This document shows positions 1-8,410 of a stretch of DNA of 32,000 nucleotides, piece after piece; the first letter of the stretch is position 1, and each line of letters begins with the position of its first letter. The DNA comes from Floridaenema evergladense BLCC-F167 (GTDB lineage Bacteria; Cyanobacteriota; Cyanobacteriia; Cyanobacteriales; Aerosakkonemataceae), in assembly GCF_041929205.1 (NCBI RefSeq), contig NZ_JBHFNT010000101.1; one strand, 5' to 3'. Made by a program: the position numbers and the translations under genes. The notes beneath the pieces were generated by a model, which was not told the DNA's origin, did not search any database, and saw only the letters and a list, made by a program, of their open reading frames with translations.

Positions 1-479
1 GCTGGGTTAAAACTAGATGCCCCATTGGGATTTGCGCCTGCTGCAATCAGCTTGAGAGCTATGTCGGTATGTCCGTGTTCGATCGCGTCTTGTAGCGGAG
101 TACTAATACTACTCCCAGCATCCACATCGGCTCCAGCCGCAATCAGTAATTCAACAATTTCTGTATATCCTTGACGTGCTGCTGCTTGAATCGGTGTACC
201 TGAATAGGTAGAAACGTTGACATCAGCCCCTTTTTCAATCAAAACGCGAACTGTTTCTACTCTACCTGTAAAAATTACCCACACTAAGGCGTGTTTCAGT
301 TCGGGGTCTTCCGCTCCAGCTTCAATGAGGGCACATTTGATATTATCAGCGCCGTGAGGGACGAGTTGGTAAGCAGTCCGATCGCCTTTTTTCGCATTAG
401 GATTAGCTCCAGCAGCCAGCAGTTCTTCAACCCGCTGAAAGTTTTTAGCTTCGATCGCAGCTATCAGTTGCTCATCCAT
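1..479 (-). CDS. Ankyrin-repeat protein (N-terminal part; the C-terminus runs off the left edge of the window)
   Basis: Absent from the ORF track because no stop codon lies in the window. The reverse complement from ATG (479-477) reads MDEQLIAAIEAKNFQRVEELLAAGANPNAKK...VETVRVLIEKGADVNVSTYSGTPIQAAARQGYTEIVELLIAAGADVDA...TPLQDAIEHGHTDIALKLIAAGANPN. This is the repeated ANK consensus (TPLxxAaxxGhxxivelLixaGAdvN). Confidence 0.8.
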   Translation of the reverse strand, partial: MDEQLIAAIEAKNFQRVEELLAAGANPNAKKGDRTAYQLVPHGADNIKCALIEAGAEDPELKHALVWVIFTGRVETVRVLIEKGADVNVSTYSGTPIQAAARQGYTEIVELLIAAGADVDAGSSISTPLQDAIEHGHTDIALKLIAAGANPNGASSFNP

Positions 480-509
480 ACATCATTAATTGAAATTGGG
501 TTGGTGTTT

Positions 510-647
510 TTAGTGTAATTGATGCGATCGGTTTGTATAATTAAATATTTCTAAATCTTTGCAAATATGAATGGTAGGTTTTTTACCTTCATGAAGAAAC
601 AAGCAGCCGTTTAATTCTAAATATTGAATGAGTTCTCTTCGTTTCAC
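510..647 (-). pseudogene. hicA-like toxin remnant (45 codons, internally deleted)
   Basis: The GTG at 647-645 overlaps the hicB-like stop. It translates to VKRRELIQYLELNGCLFLHEGKKPTIHICKDLEIFNYTNRSHQLH*. The N-terminus (KRRELIxxLExxGC..EG) and the ICKDLxI tail match HicA/YcfA toxins. The central segment of about 20 aa with the conserved His is missing. Confidence 0.5.
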
Positions 648-868
648 TAAATATTCACCTTGATCTGTTCGCGGATTACATCTTTACCAGAAAGTTCTCT
701 TTCAGCTAGTTCGCGGTTAGATATTAGGATTAATTCTATAGCTTCTTGTAAACTTTCTCTTGCTTCTTCCAAGGTTTTTTCCTGTACATTGGCACCGCAT
801 AACTCTTCAACATAGCCAATATACCAGTCGTTTACTTTTTCAAAGATTGCAGTAAATGTGTTTGACAT
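647..868 (-). CDS. HicB-family (UPF0150-like) antitoxin
   Basis: Part of tracked ORF 647..973. The likely start is ATG 868-866 (MSNTFTAIFEKVNDWYIGYVEELCGANVQEKTLEEARESLQEAIELIL...). This is the typical HicB N-terminal fold signature (xxYxaxvpelpGcxtqGxTleEaxxnxxEAi). The 35 codons upstream in the track run across the vapC remnant. Confidence 0.65.
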   Translation of the reverse strand: MSNTFTAIFEKVNDWYIGYVEELCGANVQEKTLEEARESLQEAIELILISNRELAERELSGKDVIREQIKVNI

Positions 869-878
869 AATTTTGATT

Positions 879-1004
879 AATTTAAATCGGATAATTACTG
901 GGAACAAAGATAGCTTCAGCTTCCGCGTAGTATTGCTGAACTGAAGCGTCTCCTTGAAGTAAAGCAATGACAATATTTGTATCTAACAGGAATCTACTAC
1001 TCAT
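879..1004 (-). pseudogene. vapC (PIN-domain toxin) 5' remnant, 41 codons then stop
   Basis: The ATG overlaps the upstream antitoxin stop (ATGA at 1004-1001). It translates to MSSRFLLDTNIVIALLQGDASVQQYYAEAEAIFVPSNYPI*. The FLLDTNIVI motif is the first acidic motif of PIN/VapC. The remaining roughly 90 aa of a PIN domain are absent. Confidence 0.6.
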
Positions 1005-1237
1005 TCACACCAACTTTTCAAATCTGCCTGTCCCCAGTTTTCCTCTGCTGCCTCTAACATAATTTTTGCATCTTCATGGGAAATAGTACCTGCAAATTTC
1101 AGCAACTCTTTACCTGGTACGCCAACTGGATTTTTCATCGCTAAAAATCGCGCAAAGTCCAGCACTTGCTGTTGTTGTTCATCACTCAATTTATTAAGTT
1201 GAGCCATAAGTTCTTTTTCTAGTAATGGATTAATCAT
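1001..1237 (-). CDS. Small antitoxin-like protein (DUF2281-like VapB-type partner)
   Basis: Tracked ORF, 78 aa. LNKLSDEQQQQVLDFARFLAMK resembles the DUF2281 antitoxin motif. Its stop overlaps the start of the vapC remnant by 4 nt, a typical TA arrangement. Confidence 0.55.
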   Translation of the reverse strand: MINPLLEKELMAQLNKLSDEQQQQVLDFARFLAMKNPVGVPGKELLKFAGTISHEDAKIMLEAAEENWGQADLKSWCE

Positions 1238-1255
1238 CGTTCAATTTCCTCCAAA

Positions 1256-4200
1256 TCAAACTGTAACACCTTCCAATTCTTCATCTGTCAATTCATACAA
1301 CTCCCGCAATTTTTGCAATTTATCTTTACTTGGTTGCCAAAAACCACGCCCATTTGCTTCTAACATTCTGCCGATAATATTGCGGAAAGCTTCGGGATTT
1401 GCTTTGCGTAATTTCTCTGCCATTTCTGCATCTAAAGCATAAGTTTCCGCAGCTTGATCGTAAACCCAATCATCAGTAAAATCAGCAGTACCACCCCAAC
1501 CAATTAACGCTGTCATCCGTTGGGAAATTTCATAAGCGCCACCACTACCTTGATCTGCCATTGCTTCTGCCCATTTGGGATTTAATAATTTTGTGCGATA
1601 CTCCATTCGCAGCAAATCTTCTAAATTGCGGGGAGTTGTATCTTTAGAAAAACTTTCCACAAAACTCGCACTAACCTTTTTTCCTCGTTGTTTTTCTGCC
1701 GCTTTTTTCAATCCGCCAGTGTTAGCGTAATATTCCTGAATGTCAGTTAAACCATATTCAACGGAATCGATTTGTTGCACAACTCTTTCGGTTGTTTGTA
1801 GCAATTGGTTGAGGATTTCGGTTCGCGCTTCTCCTTTATCTTTTCTGCCAAAACTGAAAGCATTTCGCCCTTGCCAAGTGTTCGCTAATTCATCGCCTGT
1901 TTCCCAATTTGAAGCAGTAACTTGGTCATTTACTAAGGAACCATAATCACCCGCAGGATTAGAAAATAAGCGTGCAGTGGCATTTTCTACACCTTGTTTT
2001 TTCAATGCTAAAGCGTGTTTGCGGATAAAGTTTTGCTCTTCTGGTTCATCCGCATCAGCTGCACGTTGAAACAAATCATCTAAAAGTTCGATAATGTTAA
2101 CAAAACTATCGCGGAAAATACCGGAAAGATTTGCTAACACATCAATTCTAGGATGTCCGACTTCTGCTAATGGTTTTAATTCGTAACGAACAATTCGCCC
2201 AGTACCTTCTTTGATTGGTTCAGCACCTACTAATTCTAAGAGAATTCCCAGAGATTCACCTTTAGTTTTAATGGCATCTAATCCCCACAACATTACCGCT
2301 ATTGTTTCGGGATATTGTCCGTTTTCTTTGAGGTTTTGGGCGATGATTTTTTGACCAATTTCTCGCCCTCTTTCGTAAGCAGCAGGTGAAGGCATTCTAT
2401 AAGGATCTAAAGCATGAATATTTCTCCCAGTTGGCAAAACTCCCGCACCATCTCTTAATAAATCACCTCCGGGCGCAGGGGGAATATATTCGCCATTTAA
2501 TCCCCGCAATAAATTAGTTAATTCATCGGTTGTTTGCATCAACAAATTACGAATTTGATTTGTGTCTGTTGTGAGGACTTCAGTCCTCTCCTCCCCAAAA
2601 TAAGCATTTAGGTAAGATGCCATTTCTTCTTCGTTTGGTGGTTCTCCTAAAACGTGCAAACCGGAAGAAAAGAGACGATTTTCCAAAACTTGCAGGTATT
2701 CGTAAAGCTTCACCAAGTAATTATTAAAAACATCAGCGCTAAACATTCTGACGTTTTCAGGAGTGAAGTCAATTCCTAATTTTCTTGCTTCTTCTAATGG
2801 GCAATCTGCATCTAAACCAGTATCGACAATCTTTTTACAAATTGCTTCTTTGAGGACATAGTTCTTTTGCGGATCTTCCCGATATTCTGAAATTAAATCG
2901 CGCAAAGTTACTAATTCTTTGTACAATCCTGCACGCCCGTAAGGGGGGACGTTGTGAGAAATTAGTACGCCGTAACCACGCCGTTTTGCTAACATTGATT
3001 CGGAGGGATTGTTGGCGGCATAAATATACAAGTTTGGGAGATTTCCTAAGAGAATATCTGACCAAGAATAACCTGTATTTCCTAATGGCGATCCGGGCAA
3101 CCATTCTACTGTTCCGTGCATTCCGAAATGTACGATCGCATCCCCCTCAAACTCATTCTGCAACCACTTATAAAAAGCTGCATATTGCGGATGTGGCGTT
3201 AAATCTTTCTCAAACATTAACCGCATTGGATCGCCCGAAATCCCTAAAGGTGGTTGTACGCCAATCCAAATATTTCCTAATTGGATTCCGCCAATTTGGT
3301 ATTCATCTTCATAAGTTTTAATTCCTGTGTCGGTGAGCGACTTCCATTGTTTTTCGATACGATTTGTTAATAAATATCCCAACCATTTCTCTAAAGTGTG
3401 GACATGAACTTTATTAACCTCATTAAATTCTTCCCTACTTACCTTTTCTGCATCTGCTTCTTTCACTAAGCGAATTAATTCTTCGCCATCTTCGGGAATT
3501 TCTCCGACTTTGTAACCTTGTTCTTTGAGTGCGTTTAGGAAGTTAATTAAACTTTTGGGAACGTTCAATAAAGCAGCGGTTCCTACTGCGCCATATCCGG
3601 GCGGGAAACCATATAAAATAATGGCGATTTTCCGTTCTGCTGGGGGTTTTTGGCGTAAGTTAATCCATTTTTTCAATCTTCCGGTGAGGCGTTTTACTCT
3701 TTCGGGAATTAGGTAAATGTCTTCTCCGACTAAACCGCCAAGGGGTACGGGATCGATCGCCCCATCCAACTCAGGAAGCGCGTACAAAACTACACTTTGT
3801 AACCCACCAATGCCTTGACGAGTCCAAGAATGAATGTCTTGAATTAACAATGGTGCTGATACAATATAAGGTACATTCTTCGCAGTTAAAATGCGTTTTG
3901 CTACCTCTACTTGTCTTCCTGCTTCCATTGAACCAGCAGGCCCACCAACTAACGGAAACCCGATAGTAGAAACAATCGCATCGACTTCTACTGCTTCATC
4001 CGATAAGGAAGGAGTTTCGATTTTTCCCTGCTTTCTTTGCGCGGTTTCATAAGCGGTAGTCATCCAATCTCTAACCGCAACATGACCTTCTACGCCGTTA
4101 ATAAAAATTGGTAAAGGTGTTAATCCTGCTTTTTCAAATTCACGAATTAATTGAGGAATGTAAGGTTGTTTGGTAATAACGTGCTTGCGATAAAGTAGAA

Positions 4201-4936
4201 TTCCTACTGTTGGGGACTGGGGACTGGGGACTGGGGACTGGGGATTGGGTAAGGTTTTGATTTTTTGTTGATACCAGTCAAGATATTTTTGAGGTGATTC
4301 AAAATATCCTTGAAAATCTGGGTGTAATAAACCCATGTTGGGGGTTTCTATTGGTGGGGGGATTTCGCCAACTTTTAACCCTAAATATTTTTCTGCTATT
4401 GTCCAGAACATTGCGGAAACATTTTCGGTTCCGCCAGCGTTCCAGTATCCGTAAATAATTAACCAGTTGCGTAAGTCTTGGACTTTCTGTACTGGGACAA
4501 ATTTTAATAATTTTGGCCCTACTTTCAAAAAGCTGATGTAACCTGCAAGTTTATCTTCTTCTCTGCCGTTGCTGAATTTGTCTAAAATAAATTTAACTGG
4601 TTTGGGCATTCCTTTGGGTTTGTCGCCAATTTTGAAAGCGCCAATTTGAGTTAAACTCATTAATTCTAATGCTGACTCGAAAACTAAGCGAATGGGTATG
4701 TTTTTAACTCTTTCTTGTAACCATAAAACTTGGTCATAATCAAATAGTAAACTACCAAAAAAGACATCTGCGCCTTGTAATGCTGCTTCTACTTTATCGG
4801 GTTCGGTGGCGATCGCGCGATCGCTAAACACCCGAATGTCCAACTCAGGACAGCGTACTACAGCTAACTCCGCCGCTTTGCGGTACAATTGGGCGTTGAA
4901 AGATTCAAATCCAGCAATCAGAACTATGCGTTTCAT
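1256..4936 (-). CDS. Mg-chelatase subunit H family protein (ChlH/BchH-type paralog of the CobN/Mg-chelatase superfamily)
   Basis: 1226-aa ORF with length and conserved blocks typical of the ChlH/CobN family (HFGMHGTVEWLPG, YIYAANNPSE, VLPTGRNIHALDP, LWGLDAIKTKGE). The C-terminal end (GRGFWQPSKDKLQKLRELY) is ChlH-like. It is shorter than canonical ChlH (about 1330 aa), so it is probably a paralog. Confidence 0.75.
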   Translation of the reverse strand: MKRIVLIAGFESFNAQLYRKAAELAVVRCPELDIRVFSDRAIATEPDKVEAALQGADVFFGSLLFDYDQVLWLQERVKNIPIRLVFESALELMSLTQIGAFKIGDKPKGMPKPVKFILDKFSNGREEDKLAGYISFLKVGPKLLKFVPVQKVQDLRNWLIIYGYWNAGGTENVSAMFWTIAEKYLGLKVGEIPPPIETPNMGLLHPDFQGYFESPQKYLDWYQQKIKTLPNPQSPVPSPQSPTVGILLYRKHVITKQPYIPQLIREFEKAGLTPLPIFINGVEGHVAVRDWMTTAYETAQRKQGKIETPSLSDEAVEVDAIVSTIGFPLVGGPAGSMEAGRQVEVAKRILTAKNVPYIVSAPLLIQDIHSWTRQGIGGLQSVVLYALPELDGAIDPVPLGGLVGEDIYLIPERVKRLTGRLKKWINLRQKPPAERKIAIILYGFPPGYGAVGTAALLNVPKSLINFLNALKEQGYKVGEIPEDGEELIRLVKEADAEKVSREEFNEVNKVHVHTLEKWLGYLLTNRIEKQWKSLTDTGIKTYEDEYQIGGIQLGNIWIGVQPPLGISGDPMRLMFEKDLTPHPQYAAFYKWLQNEFEGDAIVHFGMHGTVEWLPGSPLGNTGYSWSDILLGNLPNLYIYAANNPSESMLAKRRGYGVLISHNVPPYGRAGLYKELVTLRDLISEYREDPQKNYVLKEAICKKIVDTGLDADCPLEEARKLGIDFTPENVRMFSADVFNNYLVKLYEYLQVLENRLFSSGLHVLGEPPNEEEMASYLNAYFGEERTEVLTTDTNQIRNLLMQTTDELTNLLRGLNGEYIPPAPGGDLLRDGAGVLPTGRNIHALDPYRMPSPAAYERGREIGQKIIAQNLKENGQYPETIAVMLWGLDAIKTKGESLGILLELVGAEPIKEGTGRIVRYELKPLAEVGHPRIDVLANLSGIFRDSFVNIIELLDDLFQRAADADEPEEQNFIRKHALALKKQGVENATARLFSNPAGDYGSLVNDQVTASNWETGDELANTWQGRNAFSFGRKDKGEARTEILNQLLQTTERVVQQIDSVEYGLTDIQEYYANTGGLKKAAEKQRGKKVSASFVESFSKDTTPRNLEDLLRMEYRTKLLNPKWAEAMADQGSGGAYEISQRMTALIGWGGTADFTDDWVYDQAAETYALDAEMAEKLRKANPEAFRNIIGRMLEANGRGFWQPSKDKLQKLRELYELTDEELEGVTV
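4211..4252. repeat. Heptanucleotide tandem repeat (TGGGGAC)x4 plus 2 degenerate units, inside the chelatase CDS
   Basis: Directly visible as tggggac tggggac tggggac tggggac tggggat tgggtaa. On the coding strand it encodes the PNPQSPVPSPQSPT insert. A related repeat lies at 14894-14921. Confidence 0.9.
4809..4824. repeat. Two back-to-back HIP1 palindromes (GCGATCGC GCGATCGC)
   Basis: Directly visible. GCGATCGC recurs many times across the window, a cyanobacterial genome signature. Confidence 0.9.
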
Positions 4937-5130
4937 GACTTAAGCTAAAAAACTTTCTCCTTCTTTCGATCATAAAGCGATCGTCCGGTAAATTTAAAAT
5001 ACTTCCTGATTATGAAAAAAAACCAGGAAAAATGGTTCAAACAGGTAGAACTGTGGGAATACTATTGTAAGCTGGAAAATTAATCAATTAACAGCTACTC
5101 GATCTTTTGCTCATCCAATTTGCCAAACTT

Positions 5131-5664
5131 ATGGAATCAATGACAATCATGCAATTTGTCAAAATTAGCCTACCCACAGCGATTCTCACTTCGTTAGCAC
5201 TAATTTCTAGCTGTTCTTCAATTAATAACTCTGAAAAAGTAAAAGCTCAAACATCGCCAACTGCAACTCCAACAATCTTAGCAGTAACTAAATCTATTCC
5301 TACTAAAAAATCTGTATCTCTATTACCATCTGCCAATTCTAATGTGATTCCAGAAGTTGCTTTAGCGAATCATTTAAAAAAAATAAATGCCAAAATGTAC
5401 GCTACTTTTTGGTGTACAGTTTGTAATTGGCAAGAGCGACAATTTGGCACTGAAGCGGACAAAATTATTAAAGAAAGTATTCGCATTGAATGCGATCCTC
5501 GCGGAAAAAACCCGCAAACAGAACTTTGTGACAAAACCAATATTAGAGCTTTACCTACCTGGCAAATTAATGGCAAATTATATGAAGGTGGTATTCCTTT
5601 AAAAGAACTTGCTAATATTTCTGGTTATTCTGGCCCTAGTAATTTTAAAAATTCAGGAAATTAA
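5131..5664 (+). CDS. Thioredoxin-like lipoprotein (similar to the Trx-like domain of cyanobacterial VKOR), CxxC = CTVC
   Basis: Tracked ORF 5107..5664, which uses a TTG start. ATG at 5131 or 5149 is more likely. It has a signal peptide and lipobox (LALISSC). The C-terminal part is KMYATFWCTVCNWQERQFG...ECDPRGKNPQTELCDKTNIRALPTWQINGKLYEGGIPLKELANISGY. Confidence 0.6.
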   Translation: MESMTIMQFVKISLPTAILTSLALISSCSSINNSEKVKAQTSPTATPTILAVTKSIPTKKSVSLLPSANSNVIPEVALANHLKKINAKMYATFWCTVCNWQERQFGTEADKIIKESIRIECDPRGKNPQTELCDKTNIRALPTWQINGKLYEGGIPLKELANISGYSGPSNFKNSGN

Positions 5665-5667
5665 TAT

Positions 5668-6528
5668 ATGACTCTTAGTAAATGGTTTGCAGAAAAATTA
5701 ACTAAGCCTAAATTTTCTAATTGGTTCTTTTTTGGCTCGTTATTTGGGGCGACAATTTTAGTAATCTTAGTCAGTAAATATTTCATTGCAAATAGTATAT
5801 CAGAAGCGATCGACAATTTTGTTTTGGGAATAGGCGATCGCTATCAGCAATGGTTCTCCGAACAAAACACAAATAATCCCCTAGTTTTATTTTCTCTCTC
5901 ATTTGCTGGCGGTTTAATTGCCAGTATTTCTCCTTGTATTCTGTCTTTACTTCCTATCAATCTCAGCTACATTGGTACTCGTGAAATTACCTCTCGCTGG
6001 GATGCTTTTACCAAAGCTGGAGCATTTGTTTTAGGTGTAGTAACAATGCTCAGTTTATTTGGGATATTATCTTCTTTTGCCACAATTATTTTACTTAAAT
6101 ATCGAGGTTTTGTTCAGCTAATTGTCGGCATAATCATTATTTTAATGGCACTTTCCCTATTAGGAATTATCCGTTTACCTCTGCCCAAAACTAACTTTAA
6201 AATTCCCATTTTTGGAGCTTATGGTGTGGGTTTAACTTTCGCTTTAGTCAGTTCTCCTTGCACGAGTCCAATTATGTTTGCGGTGTTAGCTGCTTCCTCT
6301 ACGACAGGTTCACAATTGCAAACTACTTTAGCAATGGTTTTTTATGCGATCGGTTACACAGCAGTAATTTTTCTTGCTAGTTTGTTCGCAGGTTTAGCTA
6401 AACAAACTCGCGGTTTATTGAAATATTCCGAAAAAATTACTCACCTTGGTAGTTTGGCTTTAATATTAATTGGCTCATACTATTTAATTGATGGTATTAG
6501 TTGGATTGTTTCAACGATTAAGTTCTGA
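5668..6528 (+). CDS. ccdA: Cytochrome c biogenesis / thiol:disulfide electron transporter, CcdA/DsbD transmembrane family
   Basis: Polytopic membrane ORF with the two conserved Cys motifs of CcdA/DsbD-beta (ASISPCILSLLP and VSSPCTSPIM). It starts 4 nt after the Trx-like gene. Confidence 0.75.
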   Translation: MTLSKWFAEKLTKPKFSNWFFFGSLFGATILVILVSKYFIANSISEAIDNFVLGIGDRYQQWFSEQNTNNPLVLFSLSFAGGLIASISPCILSLLPINLSYIGTREITSRWDAFTKAGAFVLGVVTMLSLFGILSSFATIILLKYRGFVQLIVGIIIILMALSLLGIIRLPLPKTNFKIPIFGAYGVGLTFALVSSPCTSPIMFAVLAASSTTGSQLQTTLAMVFYAIGYTAVIFLASLFAGLAKQTRGLLKYSEKITHLGSLALILIGSYYLIDGISWIVSTIKF

Positions 6529-6915
6529 CCAATTAGCCAATTCTCTATCCATAGGTTGATAAAGTAAAAACTGGTAATCGTTAACCTGAAACATAGCTGA
6601 GAAAGCAGAATTTTACATCGGATGGGAGTTTTATCGCTGTGTCCCATTGTTGTGCATCGAAGGAGAGCGACGGCAGATGTATAAACGGTGTAAAAATGCC
6701 AAAGATTAAAGAGCGGTGTGGAGTTTTTGTCGCTTCCTCCACTTAGTTATTACTGGCGAGGAAATTAAAGTTTCCCTCAGAGCGATCGCAGGTAGTAAAC
6801 GCATTATTAAACAATCTCAGTTGCCATTATTTCCAAAGTTTGAAAAGCACAATTTTACAATTGGGTTGCTGTCAATTTCGGGTGCAGTTTTTTGAAGATT
6901 CTCCAGTAAAATATT

Positions 6916-7776
6916 ATGCCATCAAAGCAACAGTTACAACCACCTCAAAAGCAAGAAAAACAACCTGGTATTGAGTCAGAAATGACTCCCAAACCAAAAT
7001 CAGATGATGCTCAATATCAGGGTAGTGGAAAGTTACGGAATAAGGTAGCTTTAATTACTGGTGGTGATAGTGGAATTGGTCGCGCAGTGGCGGTCTTTTT
7101 TGCTAAAGAAGATGCAGATGTGGCGATCGCCTATTTAAACGAACATGATGATGCAAAAGAAACAAAAAGATTAGTAGAACAAGAAGGTCGTAAATGTATT
7201 ACGATCGCAGGTGATATAGGTGACGAAAACTTTTGCCAAGAAGCAGTAGAAAAGACAGTTAATGAGTTAGGAAAGCTCGATATTCTGGTTAACAATGCTG
7301 CGGAACAACATCCTCAACCAAGCATAGAAGATATTACCGCCGAACAGTTAGAACGTACTTTCCGCACCAATATTTTCTCAATGTTTTTCTTAACTAAAGC
7401 TGCACTTAAACATTTGAAAGAAGGCAGCACAATTGTTAACACTACCTCAGTTACAGCTTATAAAGGTAATCAACAATTGCTGGATTACTCTTCAACTAAA
7501 GGAGCAATTGTTGCCTTTACGCGATCGCTCTCCCAATCCCTAACTGAAAAGAAAATTCGCGTTAACGGTGTCGCACCTGGCCCTATTTGGACACCTTTAA
7601 TTCCCGCAACTTTCCCAGAAGATAAAGTTGCCACCTTTGGAAAACAAGTACCAATGCAACGTCCCGGACAGCCAGAAGAAATTGCACCTTGCTATGTATT
7701 TTTAGCATCAGATGATTCTTCTTATATGTCAGGTCAAATTTTGCATCCCAATGGCGGCGAAGTCGTCAACGCTTAA
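6916..7776 (+). CDS. Short-chain dehydrogenase/reductase (general-stress YdaD/YhxC-like SDR)
   Basis: Motifs TGGDSGIGRA (TGxxxGIG), NNAA and YSSTKGA (YxxxK), with a hydrophilic N-terminal extension as in general stress protein 39-type SDRs. Confidence 0.85.
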   Translation: MPSKQQLQPPQKQEKQPGIESEMTPKPKSDDAQYQGSGKLRNKVALITGGDSGIGRAVAVFFAKEDADVAIAYLNEHDDAKETKRLVEQEGRKCITIAGDIGDENFCQEAVEKTVNELGKLDILVNNAAEQHPQPSIEDITAEQLERTFRTNIFSMFFLTKAALKHLKEGSTIVNTTSVTAYKGNQQLLDYSSTKGAIVAFTRSLSQSLTEKKIRVNGVAPGPIWTPLIPATFPEDKVATFGKQVPMQRPGQPEEIAPCYVFLASDDSSYMSGQILHPNGGEVVNA

Positions 7777-7818
7777 ACAGATTTGAGAGTTATTCTCTCT
7801 TACTTGTTGATAGTTGTA

Positions 7819-7856
7819 GGGTGCGTTAGCGAAAGCGTAACGCACCATTTTTTACT
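7819..7856 (+). terminator. Hairpin plus T-run after the SDR gene
   Basis: ggtgcgttagc-gaaa-gcgtaacgcacc followed by atttttt. Confidence 0.55.
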
Positions 7857-7869
7857 TAATAACCCTTGA

Positions 7870-8322
7870 TTAACTAGAAGCAGAAATCTCTTTTTCTAAC
7901 TTGCTTTTAGCCTCTTGAAACTCCTTAGCAAGTTCCTTCATTTCTTGTTCATCCATGCTATCACTTACAGAAGGTAAAATTTCGCTTTCTTCTTCTTCAA
8001 CGTGATGCTGAACAGCATCTTTTAATTCCTCAATTGTAGCCATGAATTCAGAATCGCTAGGACGCATAGATTTAAGTTCTTCTAGCAGTTCCTTAACTTC
8101 AGTATGTTCCTCTTCAGCTTCCTCTACCATGTCATGAGTTTCATCGTAGTTCCGCATAGTTGGGTAGATGGTTAACTCTTCAACCTTCGCGTGTAAAGTT
8201 AACTCAGTATAGATTTCATCAAACAATTTTTGCATTTTTTTGGGGTCTTTAGCTTTCTCCATTTCTGAAAACAAAGACTCGACTTTGCGATGGTCGGATT
8301 TAATTAATTCGATAACATTCAT
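7870..8322 (-). CDS. Hemerythrin (HHE cation-binding) domain protein
   Basis: Tracked ORF 7870..8370. The likely start is ATG 8322, preceded by GGAGAA. The H/E pattern is SDHRKV...LHAKVEE..YP...EEEHTEVKELL...VQHHVEEEESEILP. Confidence 0.75.
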   Translation of the reverse strand: MNVIELIKSDHRKVESLFSEMEKAKDPKKMQKLFDEIYTELTLHAKVEELTIYPTMRNYDETHDMVEEAEEEHTEVKELLEELKSMRPSDSEFMATIEELKDAVQHHVEEEESEILPSVSDSMDEQEMKELAKEFQEAKSKLEKEISASS

Positions 8323-8410
8323 TGCGGTTTCTCCAAGAAAAATATTAACAAAAATCCCACCACCTGACAAAGAAATGGTGGGAAAGCCAAGTTGTTAAAT
8401 GAGCAATTAA

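Noticed and set aside
291-518. Tracked 75-aa plus-strand ORF
   Set aside because: It lies antisense to a clear ankyrin-repeat reading frame, and its sequence is low-complexity with no motifs.
869-973. N-terminal 35 codons of tracked ORF 647..973
   Set aside because: This extension runs across the vapC remnant in another frame. The HicB-like homology starts at the internal ATG 868.
1740-3716. Tracked ORFs at 1740..1946, 2835..3104, 2986..3321 and 3525..3716
   Set aside because: All are embedded in, or antisense to, the 1226-aa chelatase gene, which has strong family motifs. They have no features of their own.
5370-5602. Tracked ORFs 5370..5576 (-) and 5387..5602 (+)
   Set aside because: They overlap the Trx-like gene in other frames, and the CxxC-containing frame is clearly the real one.
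6529-6915. Long (387 bp) intergenic region upstream of the SDR gene, examined for a riboswitch, sRNA or small ORF
   Set aside because: I found only weak 6-bp stems and unconvincing 20-58 codon ORFs (for example a GTG-started 53-aa reading on the minus strand). Nothing is supportable without covariance-model or conservation data.
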